From a virus: DNA of 64,000 bases. Positions 1-9,907 of the stretch are shown here, one piece after another; the first letter of the stretch is position 1; every line of letters starts with the position of its first letter. The notes beneath the pieces are model-generated. The model worked only from the letters and a program-made list of their open reading frames with translations. It made no database searches and had not been told where the DNA came from. The stretch is from the IMG/VR virus record IMGVR_UViG_3300035670_000027; one strand, 5' to 3'. A program made the position numbers and the translations under genes.

Positions 1-690
1 TCATTCTTCAACTCCATATCCATTTGGTGCGATGTTACCACTCACACCCACTTTATCAACATTGACAACTTTACTTCTATCTAAATAATGAAAGAGAAGA
101 TGTTCGATATCAACATAGCCACCTTGCTCTAGTCTTGCAATCATGTGTTCGTACATTTTCTTGTAAACTTCACCAACATGATTATGCTGACTGATATCAA
201 AACTCCATAGTCTACTCATGTACTGCAACTCAAGCCCACCAGTAATGTGTGGAGGAAACTGACTTGTATATGGTCCACGAATTACAATCGGACCATTGTG
301 CCTATTGATATCAAAATTTTCATTGAGTGTATAACGACCACTCATCTTGAAAATTCTAGAGTATTCTGAAAAGTCTGGACCATTCAATACATCCATAAAC
401 ATATAGATTTCAATCAGATTCTTTACAATGTCATGATTGTTTGACTGTTGAATTTCTTTTACTCTAGGATGATCACCATAGTACATGAATTCATAAACAT
501 ACTTACTGAGTTTTTCTTTTTGACCATCGTTGATTGGTTTGAGTCCACCGTCAATCAAAATGATATCTGCATTGTGGCATTTATCTTTGATTGACTTGCA
601 TGATTCATATGTCTGAAGAAATCTTTCTCTTGGCGTATAAATGCCATGTCTGGCATTGATTGCCGAAGACACTAAAAATAAATTTTTCAT
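1..690 (-). CDS. hypothetical protein, possibly glycosyltransferase-like
   Basis: 229 aa ORF, complete (stop at 1-3); IILIDGG and FKMSGRY motifs recall phage GT-A-like proteins. Confidence 0.45.
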   Translation of the reverse strand: MKNLFLVSSAINARHGIYTPRERFLQTYESCKSIKDKCHNADIILIDGGLKPINDGQKEKLSKYVYEFMYYGDHPRVKEIQQSNNHDIVKNLIEIYMFMDVLNGPDFSEYSRIFKMSGRYTLNENFDINRHNGPIVIRGPYTSQFPPHITGGLELQYMSRLWSFDISQHNHVGEVYKKMYEHMIARLEQGGYVDIEHLLFHYLDRSKVVNVDKVGVSGNIAPNGYGVEE

Positions 691-1298
691 GATGTAGTTT
701 TCTTAGTCGCTTTCTTTGTCGGTGCCTTTGCTGGTTTCTTTTTCTTAGACATAATTTCTTTAACTTTTCTTTCAAGTCGCTTCATGACTTCTTCACCATC
801 CATCCAGATATCTTTATTGTCAAGTATACTACGGATTTCTTCTGGTGTCAAGAAGCCCTCATACAGTCTACGAATGATTTTCTCTGACCACTTTCTCTCT
901 TTGGTCAACTGATCATACATCTCGCCACCTTTACCAAAAGAGAATCCTGAGTAATTGTGGAACATGAACAATGAATGTTCAGAGATTTCGTAGCGGTCTG
1001 CTGATAGGAAGATCATTGTTGCGGCAGACATACATGCACCTTCTGCTGATGCAACAACCATACCTTTGCATTCTGCAATTGCACGAAGGAATTGAATTGT
1101 GGTAAACAAATCACCGCCTGGTGAATTGATGTTGAACTTAATGATATCGGTTTCTTGTGCATGACGAATTGCTTCAAATGCGCCAAGATAATTTTCAGGT
1201 GCACCGATCTCACCAGAGAGATAGATTGTAATTAAATTGCCAAGAGGTTTAACATCAATCGCTTTGTTGTCTGTTGAGATTTTGTCTTCATTAGCCAT
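687..1298 (-). CDS. ClpP-like (S14/S49) serine protease
   Basis: INSPGG, ACMSAATMIF (catalytic Ser) and FMFH motifs. Confidence 0.8.
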   Translation of the reverse strand: MANEDKISTDNKAIDVKPLGNLITIYLSGEIGAPENYLGAFEAIRHAQETDIIKFNINSPGGDLFTTIQFLRAIAECKGMVVASAEGACMSAATMIFLSADRYEISEHSLFMFHNYSGFSFGKGGEMYDQLTKERKWSEKIIRRLYEGFLTPEEIRSILDNKDIWMDGEEVMKRLERKVKEIMSKKKKPAKAPTKKATKKTTS

Positions 1299-1866
1299 TC
1301 ACATTCTCCAATGTTTTAGATTTCATAAAACCGTACTTACATATGTAGTACGCATCGATAATATCTGAAGAGGGATTCCATTGTTTCTCCGTTTGATTCA
1401 ACTCCTCTTTCAAACGAATGGTATTCTCTTCTTCAAAAACTTCCTGCATTCTTTCTTTGTTTGCATTGCCTTTACCTGTAGCAAACTTTTTAACTACGGT
1501 TGGTGGTACAGTTTGAAACGGAACATGAAACTGAAAGAATCTATACTTAAGAACTCCTGTGTTCTCGGCAATGTGAAACACTCTGCCTTTTGAACCCATT
1601 GAATAGTCTTCAATGTATACACAAACACCAGGTTCTTTTTCTAAGATTCTGTCTAGAAAAAAACTTGAGATCACTTCGTAGCGATGCATCTCGCTCTGAT
1701 AGTCAAAGTAATGACCAGTCACATTCTTAAAAGAGACTTCGTATTTTTTTGATTGTGTTAAGTAATGAATAAAACAGTTATTGAAGTTAAACTCTCCTGC
1801 GGCATCATCAAAGATACACACCGCAGGAGAAGTCATTGAGTAATCAATGCCGAAATAAGTCATCAA
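1291..1866 (-). CDS. RuvC-like (RNase H fold) nuclease/resolvase
   Basis: GIDYS N-terminus, YIEDYS, KKFATGKGNANK, DIIDAY acidic catalytic pattern. Confidence 0.75.
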   Translation of the reverse strand: MMTYFGIDYSMTSPAVCIFDDAAGEFNFNNCFIHYLTQSKKYEVSFKNVTGHYFDYQSEMHRYEVISSFFLDRILEKEPGVCVYIEDYSMGSKGRVFHIAENTGVLKYRFFQFHVPFQTVPPTVVKKFATGKGNANKERMQEVFEEENTIRLKEELNQTEKQWNPSSDIIDAYYICKYGFMKSKTLENVNG

Positions 1867-2063
1867 AAATACTTTCTCAGCACCTCCAGTTTATCGTGGT
1901 AGTTTGAGATTTCTTCTAACTCTTTCTCAATTGTACCCATGATATCTGGATGCTCTGCTACGCCAACGCTAGTATCTAACAACAATTCTACATTGACAAT
2001 ATGCTTAGTGATATGTGCCTCTAGATGTTGTTCTAAGGCTTGTTTAATTCTACCTCTCATCAT
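1863..2063 (-). CDS. conserved phage hypothetical protein
   Basis: VGVAEHPDIM motif; start chosen at ATGATG 2063, which overlaps the upstream gene end. Confidence 0.55.
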   Translation of the reverse strand: MMRGRIKQALEQHLEAHITKHIVNVELLLDTSVGVAEHPDIMGTIEKELEEISNYHDKLEVLRKYF

Positions 2064-2241
2064 CTTTCCACTCCCAATCAGGTTCTTCTTCGAATTCATC
2101 ATCATCGTATGAATCTGATTCGTTGATGTTTGATTCATCTAATTCTGCGCCACATACAGAACAAAATTTAACTTTTTCTTTTTCTATTTCAACCTCGTGG
2201 TCTGAACCACAAGATTCGCAGTACACTTGATATGTAGTCAT
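2050..2241 (-). CDS. small zinc-ribbon protein
   Basis: CESC...CSVC, acidic tail, GGAG RBS. Confidence 0.65.
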   Translation of the reverse strand: MTTYQVYCESCGSDHEVEIEKEKVKFCSVCGAELDESNINESDSYDDDEFEEEPDWEWKDDER

Positions 2242-2249
2242 CTATTCTC

Positions 2250-2960
2250 CTATTTCCAGTAATTTGAATAGTCAATACTATTCCAATACTTTTCATTATT
2301 GCGATTCCAGAAATTTTTAATCAAATACCATGCCATACCAAAGTAACCCATCTTTTGAAATCGTCTACTGTCTTGACCAAAGTAGTGATTGATCAATGCA
2401 AACTTCTTCACATCATACTTTTTTGAAAGAAAGAAGTCTTCGCTTGTTTCATACTTCGCTGGAAAACAACCAAGTTCTTCAAACTTATCACGCCTTGTTA
2501 AAAAGAATGCACCAACTGCAAAAGGTACCCAATGTTTCATGATACGATTGATAAGATTGAACATGCCAAAACCAATCTTTGCACGAATGTCATTGTCATA
2601 ACACTTCACATATAATCCAACTAGGTCAAGATTCTTACTTTCTAATTCTTCTACCGAATCAACTATGACTGTATTGCTAAAAAATCTTACATCACTATCT
2701 ATAAACAAAATATAAGGTGTTGTGACAAGTTTAGCGCCGTTATTCTTTGCGATTGAAACTGGACCACCTTCAATTATTTCAATGTTCAAACGATCTTTAT
2801 AATTGTTAATTACCGATCTTGTATTGTCTGTTGATGCATCGGCAATGATAATACGAGTTTCACCAATGTCCTGCTGAATCAGATTCAACAATAGATGACC
2901 GATATAGTTTTCTTCATTCTTACACGGAACAACAATGGTTATTTTTTCTGATAGTTTCAT
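2250..2960 (-). CDS. GT2 family glycosyltransferase
   Basis: IVVPCKNEE, IIADASTD, FIDSD (DxD), SED motifs; ATGA overlap with the upstream gene. Confidence 0.85.
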   Translation of the reverse strand: MKLSEKITIVVPCKNEENYIGHLLLNLIQQDIGETRIIIADASTDNTRSVINNYKDRLNIEIIEGGPVSIAKNNGAKLVTTPYILFIDSDVRFFSNTVIVDSVEELESKNLDLVGLYVKCYDNDIRAKIGFGMFNLINRIMKHWVPFAVGAFFLTRRDKFEELGCFPAKYETSEDFFLSKKYDVKKFALINHYFGQDSRRFQKMGYFGMAWYLIKNFWNRNNEKYWNSIDYSNYWK

Positions 2961-3709
2961 TTGAGTATTTCGTTCCAAGTAACAAGTTCCCATTTGCCGT
3001 TATGATGTTCGACAAGTGCAGTACAAGATTCAACCCAATCGCCATCGTTCATATATATCACACCTTCTATTTCTTTAATTTCTGCGTTGTGGATGTGTCC
3101 GCAGATAACTCCATCGTATCCTTTTCTTTTACAGTAGGATGCGAGGTTGTGTTCGAATTGAAAAATGAAATCAATTGCTTTTTTGACCCTATGTTTAAGA
3201 TATTTGCTAAGGCTCCAATAACCCAAACCAAAACGGTGACGCAAGCGATTAAAAGAAGTATTGAAACTAAGGATAACATCGTATGCTTTATCTCCTAGAA
3301 AGGAGAGCCACGGTGCAAGGCGTGTAATACCATCGAATAAGTCACCATGAGTGACCAGATAGTGCTTACCGTCAACACCAATGTGTTCAAACTGATTGAA
3401 GATTTCCACATTTCCAAAACTGAAGCCGTACGGGAGCATTGGTCTGAGAAATTCATCATGGTTTCCCGCAATGTAGATAACTCTTGTTCCCCTCTTTGCA
3501 TGTCCTAACACTCTCCTTACGACATTAGTGTGGCTCTGTTTCCATCGCCATTTGTTTTGTTGTATTTTCCATCCATCAATTATATCACCAACCAGATAAA
3601 GCGTTTCGCAATCGTTATGCTTTAAAAAATTATTCAGTAATTCTGCTTTACAGTCTTTTGTTCCAAGATGTACATCACTAATAAAAATAGTTTTGTACTT
3701 TTTTTCCAT
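2957..3709 (-). CDS. calcineurin-like metallophosphoesterase, UDP-2,3-diacylglucosamine hydrolase (LpxH/LpxH2)-like
   Basis: SDVHLG, GDIID, GNHD, HGD, GHIH, NDGDW motifs. Confidence 0.8.
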   Translation of the reverse strand: MEKKYKTIFISDVHLGTKDCKAELLNNFLKHNDCETLYLVGDIIDGWKIQQNKWRWKQSHTNVVRRVLGHAKRGTRVIYIAGNHDEFLRPMLPYGFSFGNVEIFNQFEHIGVDGKHYLVTHGDLFDGITRLAPWLSFLGDKAYDVILSFNTSFNRLRHRFGLGYWSLSKYLKHRVKKAIDFIFQFEHNLASYCKRKGYDGVICGHIHNAEIKEIEGVIYMNDGDWVESCTALVEHHNGKWELVTWNEILK

Positions 3710-4153
3710 TTAGTTACACCAACTTTGTTTTGCCTCTCCATAATATTCTCTAGCGAAACCCCTCTCAATAAGCATCATGCGTAGGCTCTTGCCATCAAGA
3801 ACAACATCACCTAACACACGACCACCATATTTGTCCCAAGCCATAAGATAAATTTGTCTTTGTTGTGCTGATGCGATTGCTTGCTTAGTAAACTCTGATG
3901 CCGCTTTACCTCTTGCATCTTCTTGTGGGCATTGGGCACGATGACCTTTCTCAGGAGTATCTACACCAAATACACGAATAGACAATTCTTTCTTAAGTGG
4001 ATCGGGCAACCAGTTTGCTTGAAACGCAACTGTGTCACCATCGATAACTCTGGTAATTGTTGCGTTATAGAGTACACCTTCTTTTTGTTTCTGTGCATAC
4101 GCTACTGGTGATAAAAGTAGCAATGCGACAAGTGAATAAATTATAGTTTTCAT
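3710..4153 (-). CDS. exported thermonuclease (SNase-like)
   Basis: signal peptide; VIDGDT, IRVFGVDTPE, DKYGGR motifs. Confidence 0.85.
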   Translation of the reverse strand: MKTIIYSLVALLLLSPVAYAQKQKEGVLYNATITRVIDGDTVAFQANWLPDPLKKELSIRVFGVDTPEKGHRAQCPQEDARGKAASEFTKQAIASAQQRQIYLMAWDKYGGRVLGDVVLDGKSLRMMLIERGFAREYYGEAKQSWCN

Positions 4154-4323
4154 TGAATTTTATCTCCTCGAATTACAATGCAGTCATATATGTATGCGTC
4201 ACGATTGTTGTCTTGTAAGTTATGCTTTTCGACTAGGCATTGGCTATGTGTTTCAAAATATCTTACTGTGTGCATGTCGGCAGTATTAATTGCTGACATA
4301 GCAACAAGGGCGTAGAGATACAT
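4150..4323 (-). CDS. small hypothetical protein (57 aa), not in the ORF track
   Basis: MYLYALVAMS...IRGDKIQ*; fills the gap exactly with TGATG and ATGA overlaps. Confidence 0.6.
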   Translation of the reverse strand: MYLYALVAMSAINTADMHTVRYFETHSQCLVEKHNLQDNNRDAYIYDCIVIRGDKIQ

Positions 4324-5318
4324 CATGCGGCTTTACCCCATACATCATCCCACTTACCAGACAATGCGCCTTTGGCATAGTCTGTGGCACGATTCTCAAA
4401 GAAGTTTGTATGAGTTGGTGCATTGATCATCTCTTCAACCCATGGCAATGGATTCTTTTTACGCTTGAAGATACCTTTCATGCCAAGAGAAATCAATCTG
4501 CGGTCTGCAATGTAGCGAATGTATTCTTTTACATCCTCTGCCTTGAGGTTTTCCATCTCGCCCATTTCAAACGCAAGATCAATAAACTTATCTTCCAACT
4601 CAACCATCTTATCCGCAATCGTATATATTTTGCCTTTAAGTTCATCATTCCAAATCTCACGATTCTCTTCTATGTATGTACGGAATAACTTGATCATGGA
4701 TTCGGCATGTTGCGTTTCATCTACAATTGACCAAGTAACGATCTGCCCCATGCCACGCATCTTGCCATGTCTTGGAAAGTTCAATAGCATGATGAATGAT
4801 GAGAACAATTGCATACCCTCTGTGAATGCAGAGAATGCGGCAATGTGTGTTGCAGTATTTTCTTTTGTTGTATTCTTTGATGAAATGTCGAGAATGTATT
4901 CATGCTTCTCTTTCATCTGTTCATACTCCATAAACTCATTGTATGTGCTTTCAGGCATACCAAGAGTTTCAATCAAGTGCGAGTATGCGGCAATGTGCAA
5001 TGCTTCTCTTGCGGCAAAGCCACAAAGCATCATGCGTACTTCTGGTTGTGGAAAGTATGGCAGATAGTTCTTGACATAGCCACCAGCAACATCAATGTCG
5101 CCCTGTGTGAAGAAACGAAAAATGTGTGTAAGAAACTTCTTTTCGTTTTCTGATAGTTTTCTCTTCCAATCTTTTACATCTTCAAGCATCGGTACTTCTG
5201 TGTGAAGCCAGTGACTTTGCTCATGCTTCAACCATGCTTCATACGCCCATGGATAATTGAATGGTTTAAAGTATGAACGATCTTCTTGTAGATTTAACTC
5301 TCTCTTGTTTGTAACCAT
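4323..5318 (-). CDS. nrdB: ribonucleotide reductase class Ia beta subunit
   Basis: FFTQGD, REALH, EGMQLFSSF, DETQH di-iron motifs; NFFENRATDY C-terminus. Confidence 0.95.
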   Translation of the reverse strand: MVTNKRELNLQEDRSYFKPFNYPWAYEAWLKHEQSHWLHTEVPMLEDVKDWKRKLSENEKKFLTHIFRFFTQGDIDVAGGYVKNYLPYFPQPEVRMMLCGFAAREALHIAAYSHLIETLGMPESTYNEFMEYEQMKEKHEYILDISSKNTTKENTATHIAAFSAFTEGMQLFSSFIMLLNFPRHGKMRGMGQIVTWSIVDETQHAESMIKLFRTYIEENREIWNDELKGKIYTIADKMVELEDKFIDLAFEMGEMENLKAEDVKEYIRYIADRRLISLGMKGIFKRKKNPLPWVEEMINAPTHTNFFENRATDYAKGALSGKWDDVWGKAA

Positions 5319-5593
5319 TTTTCTAAGTCCCTATTTGATACGATTAAATAATTTTTGTTTGGAAATTTCTGCTGAATATGATCTAGTACATCTTCAACTT
5401 GTTTTGATTGAACGATAAAGTCATTGTCACGCCATGCATAATATGTGTCTTCGATCTGTTCAATCTTAATATTGATTCTTTCTGCTTTTGGTTTTTCTCC
5501 TACATCTTCGTCTTCAATTGAAAATTTATCTCGCATGTAGATTGCAAGAAGAATGCCAATGACAAAGAAAATTAAATCAAAAATGTTATTCAT
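5294..5593 (-). CDS. hypothetical membrane protein
   Basis: N-terminal TM segment; coupled between neighbouring genes. Confidence 0.55.
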   Translation of the reverse strand: MNNIFDLIFFVIGILLAIYMRDKFSIEDEDVGEKPKAERINIKIEQIEDTYYAWRDNDFIVQSKQVEDVLDHIQQKFPNKNYLIVSNRDLEKWLQTRES

Positions 5594-6218
5594 ACATCAC
5601 CGTATCAGAATCACCAAGCGCCCACTTAGCATTGTGTTCGACAACATACTTCTTAGTGCAAACTTTAAAGTCTGGAAACAACAACTCTTTTGGATTTGAT
5701 GATGGGTCCAAAAAGATTGTACGATTGTTTGGTTGTGCGGCATACTGTCCATTGTCAAGTTCAATAAAGTTAAATGACTTATGGTCCATTGGCTCTTCAG
5801 CGAAACCTGTTGGTACTATGTTGGGATCAGCATTCGCATGATCAACTGTAAACATGTACTTGCCTTCATACCAGTTCTTATCTTTTGCATAAAATTTGCA
5901 ACTGAGATTTTGCAAGAATGACTTACGAATTACTGTAATGTCATAGCCCATGCAATCCCAAATCTGAAGATAGTTGAGTGGTAAGAATTCATCAGGCTTC
6001 AAATCTTTATTGCGAGATACAAATGCTGAGATTGGAAACTTATCATACAATGCACCATAGTTAGGTAGATATGCTTCAATGCGTAGTGCTTGCCCTTGAA
6101 TAGACTTCACACTTACCCAATAGCAAGGTTCATACTCTCCAAAACCTTTTTCAAAGTCATAGAGAAATTCTTTGCGAATGTAACAATAAACTGTCGGTAT
6201 GTTAGCAACTAGAAACAT
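5586..6218 (-). CDS. conserved hypothetical protein between nrdA and nrdB
   Basis: 210 aa; LQIWDC and LDNGQYAAQPNNR motifs. Confidence 0.6.
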   Translation of the reverse strand: MFLVANIPTVYCYIRKEFLYDFEKGFGEYEPCYWVSVKSIQGQALRIEAYLPNYGALYDKFPISAFVSRNKDLKPDEFLPLNYLQIWDCMGYDITVIRKSFLQNLSCKFYAKDKNWYEGKYMFTVDHANADPNIVPTGFAEEPMDHKSFNFIELDNGQYAAQPNNRTIFLDPSSNPKELLFPDFKVCTKKYVVEHNAKWALGDSDTVMYE

Positions 6219-6220
6219 GA

Positions 6221-8005
6221 TCAGCCTTCACATGCCAAGCAAGTATCACCCTCCACAATTGCTTTCATGTCGAGTTCTTTGATGACTTCCCTCTCAATAC
6301 GCTTCGCCACTTTATCTGCCTTACCAATCTTTTCAGAACGGCAATAGTAAAGTGTCTTAAGACCATTTTTCCAAGCCATGAAATGAATGGCATGAAGATA
6401 CTTGATATTAACATCTGGTCTGAAGAATAGATTTAGCGATTGTGCTTGATCGACAAACTGTTGACGATCTGCGGCATGTTGAACAATCCATCGTTGATCA
6501 ATCTCCATAGAAGTTTTGAATACATCTTTAGTCCAATCATCCATCCACTCTAGATGTTGTACTGAACCATCGTTTGCAATAATGCTTGACCATGTTTCTT
6601 CGTACCAACCCTCTTTGTGATTCTCTGCTTCTTTGCGAATGATTGCATCAAGATACTTATTCTTATTCAATGATGAACCTGATAAGGTATCTTGTCGATA
6701 AGCGTTTGCACGAAATGGTTCAATGCTAGGACTGGTATTGCCCATAATAATACTGCTAGAGGCATTGGGTGCAATAGCCACCATGTGAGAAAAGCGCCTA
6801 CCGGTGCCCATTGTATCAGGTGCTTCACCTCTTTCAGTACCAAGTTGTAGATTTGCATCTTCTAATCCTTTTTGAATGTGCTTGAAGATTTTCAAGTTCG
6901 TACCTGTTGCTTGGGCAGATTCCCAAGGAATATTTTTCTGCTGAAGATACGCATGAAAACCTAATGCACCAATGCCAATAGAACGCTCTTGCTTTGCAGA
7001 GTAAATCGCTCTTGAAATAGTTTTTGGTGCGTTATCAATAAAGTATTGTAACACATTATCTAGCATCTCTGCAACATCTTTAAGGAACAATTTATTCTTT
7101 GACCATTGATCATAGTACTCAAGATTCAATGACGATAGGCAACATACCGCAGTACGCTTCTTATCGGTAGGCAGAATAATCTCTGAACACAAGTTCGATT
7201 GCCTAATTGAAAGCCCTTTGTCTTTCTGAAACTGTGGCATCAAACGATTGCTTGTATCGATGAAATGAATGTATGGTTCACCAGTGATCATGCGAGTTTC
7301 AAGAATGCGTTGCCACAATTCTCTCGCAGAGATAACTTCACGAACCTCACCGCTATGTGGGTCTTTAAGTTCCCATGAATCATCTGCATGTGCATCAAGC
7401 ATACACTTTTCAATCAATTGCATGAAGTCATCTGTAATATTGATGCCGTGATGCAAATTGAGTGTACGCATATTTGGATCGCCAGTTGGCTTTCGCATCT
7501 CTAAAAACATAAGTATATCAGGATGGGAAATATCCAAGTAAGTAGCATAACTGCCTCTACGAGTTCGACCTTGCCTGTAAGCAAGAGAAGAAGCATCATA
7601 AGTGCGTAGGTGAGGCATAACACCAACACTTTTGTCATCAGCACTACGAATACCAAGACCAATTCCAACACCTCCTCCCAACATCGATAGCCAGTTAACT
7701 TCGGATAGTGTATCGACCAGTCCCTCTGCGCTATCATCTAGGTAGGGAAGAAAACAACTTATAGGAAGACCACGCTTAGAACGACCAAAGGACAAGATAG
7801 GAGTAGAATAAGAAAGCCAATGTCTACTACTATAGTCATAAAGTCTTTGTGCGTGTTCGGCATTTGATCCGAACGCTTTTGAAACATATGCAAACCTTTC
7901 TTGTGGAGAGTTTTCTTCCTCTCTCATGTAACTCTCTTTTAATCTTTTGATTCCCAACTCATCAAATAGTTCATCTCTACTATAATCGACTATAATTTCA
8001 GACAT
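6221..8005 (-). CDS. nrdA: ribonucleotide reductase class Ia alpha subunit (short, no ATP cone)
   Basis: SNLCSE, VCCLSS, IAPNASSS, KTLYY, C-terminal CLAC. Confidence 0.95.
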   Translation of the reverse strand: MSEIIVDYSRDELFDELGIKRLKESYMREEENSPQERFAYVSKAFGSNAEHAQRLYDYSSRHWLSYSTPILSFGRSKRGLPISCFLPYLDDSAEGLVDTLSEVNWLSMLGGGVGIGLGIRSADDKSVGVMPHLRTYDASSLAYRQGRTRRGSYATYLDISHPDILMFLEMRKPTGDPNMRTLNLHHGINITDDFMQLIEKCMLDAHADDSWELKDPHSGEVREVISARELWQRILETRMITGEPYIHFIDTSNRLMPQFQKDKGLSIRQSNLCSEIILPTDKKRTAVCCLSSLNLEYYDQWSKNKLFLKDVAEMLDNVLQYFIDNAPKTISRAIYSAKQERSIGIGALGFHAYLQQKNIPWESAQATGTNLKIFKHIQKGLEDANLQLGTERGEAPDTMGTGRRFSHMVAIAPNASSSIIMGNTSPSIEPFRANAYRQDTLSGSSLNKNKYLDAIIRKEAENHKEGWYEETWSSIIANDGSVQHLEWMDDWTKDVFKTSMEIDQRWIVQHAADRQQFVDQAQSLNLFFRPDVNIKYLHAIHFMAWKNGLKTLYYCRSEKIGKADKVAKRIEREVIKELDMKAIVEGDTCLACEG

Positions 8006-8173
8006 TTAATTTCCTTTTTCTTTTAATTCTTCGTACTTCAATTTAAGCCAAGGCAAATTTCGTTTAACATATTCATCGAATGTTATATACTCTTGGTTAT
8101 AGTTTAATCTCTCTTCACGATTTAAACTATACATGCTATACATCCAAGTTCTAAATTCGTTATCGTTATCCAT
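8006..8173 (-). CDS. small hypothetical protein
   Basis: GGAG RBS before ATG 8173. Confidence 0.5.
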   Translation of the reverse strand: MDNDNEFRTWMYSMYSLNREERLNYNQEYITFDEYVKRNLPWLKLKYEELKEKGN

Positions 8174-8849
8174 CTGTTTTCTCCACAAAGTCTGAGATCA
8201 TAGGGAACACCTTACTTATAACTTCTGCACATGCTTTTGCAATTTCGATATGTTCTTTCTGAGTACCATTACCACTTCTCAATTCAATGTAATGCACCCA
8301 ACTTCTTAATGTGCCATTGACATACAACCTTGATACAGTCAATCCTTCTGGTAGTACTGCTCTCGCTTGTTCTTTTGCAATACCGTTTTTGATTGCCCAA
8401 TCATATTCTCTTTGTGCCGCAAAGATAACTCTCTTTTGCGCTCTCTCCCATTCAATTTGAAGAAGATGATCGTCAATTTCTATACTGTTTTGTCGATTCT
8501 TGGTGTCCTGAAGGCGTGCCTCTCTACATACGAAATCCAAATCTTTCGTTGGATCGGCGTAGCGTTGGCTAAATTCTTGAAAGGAAAAACTTCTGTGTCT
8601 AAGGAATTGTCTTGCGATATCTCTGGTTGTTTCGACTTCGATGCAGACTGAGACCATTTCGAGTGGTGACCAGTGCTTATTGTTGACGAGGTATTTGATG
8701 AGTCTTTCTGAAGTTTCGGTATTGGACTGATTGGCTGGATTCGAAACTCTCGCACAATACGCCACCAAGTCCTGGGCGTCAAAGGTATGTTGTAAAGCAT
8801 TTTTGAAATCCTCAGAGGGTTGACTGTAACTAATTAATTTGACTTTCAT
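8166..8849 (-). CDS. thyX: flavin-dependent thymidylate synthase
   Basis: RHRSFSFQEFSQRY ThyX motif; HWSPLE. Confidence 0.95.
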   Translation of the reverse strand: MKVKLISYSQPSEDFKNALQHTFDAQDLVAYCARVSNPANQSNTETSERLIKYLVNNKHWSPLEMVSVCIEVETTRDIARQFLRHRSFSFQEFSQRYADPTKDLDFVCREARLQDTKNRQNSIEIDDHLLQIEWERAQKRVIFAAQREYDWAIKNGIAKEQARAVLPEGLTVSRLYVNGTLRSWVHYIELRSGNGTQKEHIEIAKACAEVISKVFPMISDFVEKTDG

Positions 8850-9874
8850 GTTTTCTTCCATAGATTAAATTGCAACATCGCTTCAGGACCAGAAAAAGTA
8901 TTTTTATTTATAGTATTCTGTATCTCTTCAGCACTTAAATTCTGCTTGACTATCATATCGTTGATATCTTTTTCCAAAATTTCTTTCGACCAAATGCAAA
9001 CTGTATAACCATCATCGATTGCTGATTTAACTTCTCTTACGATTTCTTTGTTTCTAGGTTCATTGTCATATACTAAAATCAATTTATCTTTAGGCAAATA
9101 CTCACCAACTGATTTTAGATTTGCGTTACCAACTGCTACAGAGTTAGGTAAGAATAAACTATCAATAGGTCCTTCTGTTACATAAATTGTCTGATCTTTG
9201 TCTACATTATTCAGACAAAAAATCATTGGGGCATCATCTTTGATGCGTATTGTCACATAGCGTAACTTTTCACCACGAATTGCACGACCAGATAATCCAA
9301 CCAGGTCACCATCGCCGTCAAAAAAAGGCAATACGAGCCTCGGCTCATTGCCTAGTATCTTGTCTTCATATCCATCTGCAAACTGCTTAAACTTCGCTAT
9401 GTCATCCACATAGTATAACTCATCATACTTATGCTCTGGGATTTTTCTAGAACGCAAGTATTTGACTACCTCATGATCATTTGCCAACTTTTTAATTGGT
9501 GTCAGTAAACCTTTAAATGCGTTATCTTGTTTCGTACTCTGAAATGTAACTGGCTTGAAAACAAAGCCATGCTCTTTGTGTGCTTTGTGCCCAGTCTCAC
9601 CAGACTTGTATCGATCAAGGCAATATTCTTTGTATAGATTTGGATCAAGAAATTTTATCAGATTGCCAAGAGACATTGATGCCTGACAATTGTGGCACTT
9701 GTATGATAGCCCACCTTTGTTTGGGTAAAGATATCCCCTCGCTTTGTTGCGATTGGTTTGACTGTCACCACATACGGGACAACGGAAATTATAATTGTAG
9801 TCGCCTTTGCGCTTAAACTTATCTAAGCGAATGGAAATAGTACCGACATACTGCTGATCAAGCCACATACTCAT
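8846..9874 (-). CDS. gp61: T4-like DNA primase
   Basis: CPVCGDS...CHNC zinc finger; TOPRIM EGPIDS, YDNEPRN, KDINDM. Confidence 0.95.
   Translation of the reverse strand: MSMWLDQQYVGTISIRLDKFKRKGDYNYNFRCPVCGDSQTNRNKARGYLYPNKGGLSYKCHNCQASMSLGNLIKFLDPNLYKEYCLDRYKSGETGHKAHKEHGFVFKPVTFQSTKQDNAFKGLLTPIKKLANDHEVVKYLRSRKIPEHKYDELYYVDDIAKFKQFADGYEDKILGNEPRLVLPFFDGDGDLVGLSGRAIRGEKLRYVTIRIKDDAPMIFCLNNVDKDQTIYVTEGPIDSLFLPNSVAVGNANLKSVGEYLPKDKLILVYDNEPRNKEIVREVKSAIDDGYTVCIWSKEILEKDINDMIVKQNLSAEEIQNTINKNTFSGPEAMLQFNLWKKT
8905..8912 (-). promoter_or_regulatory. candidate T4-type late promoter TATAAATA upstream of thyX
   Basis: exact octamer inside the primase 3' end. Confidence 0.4.
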
Positions 9875-9907
9875 AATTTAAAATACTCCAGAGATACGAT
9901 TTCTGCT

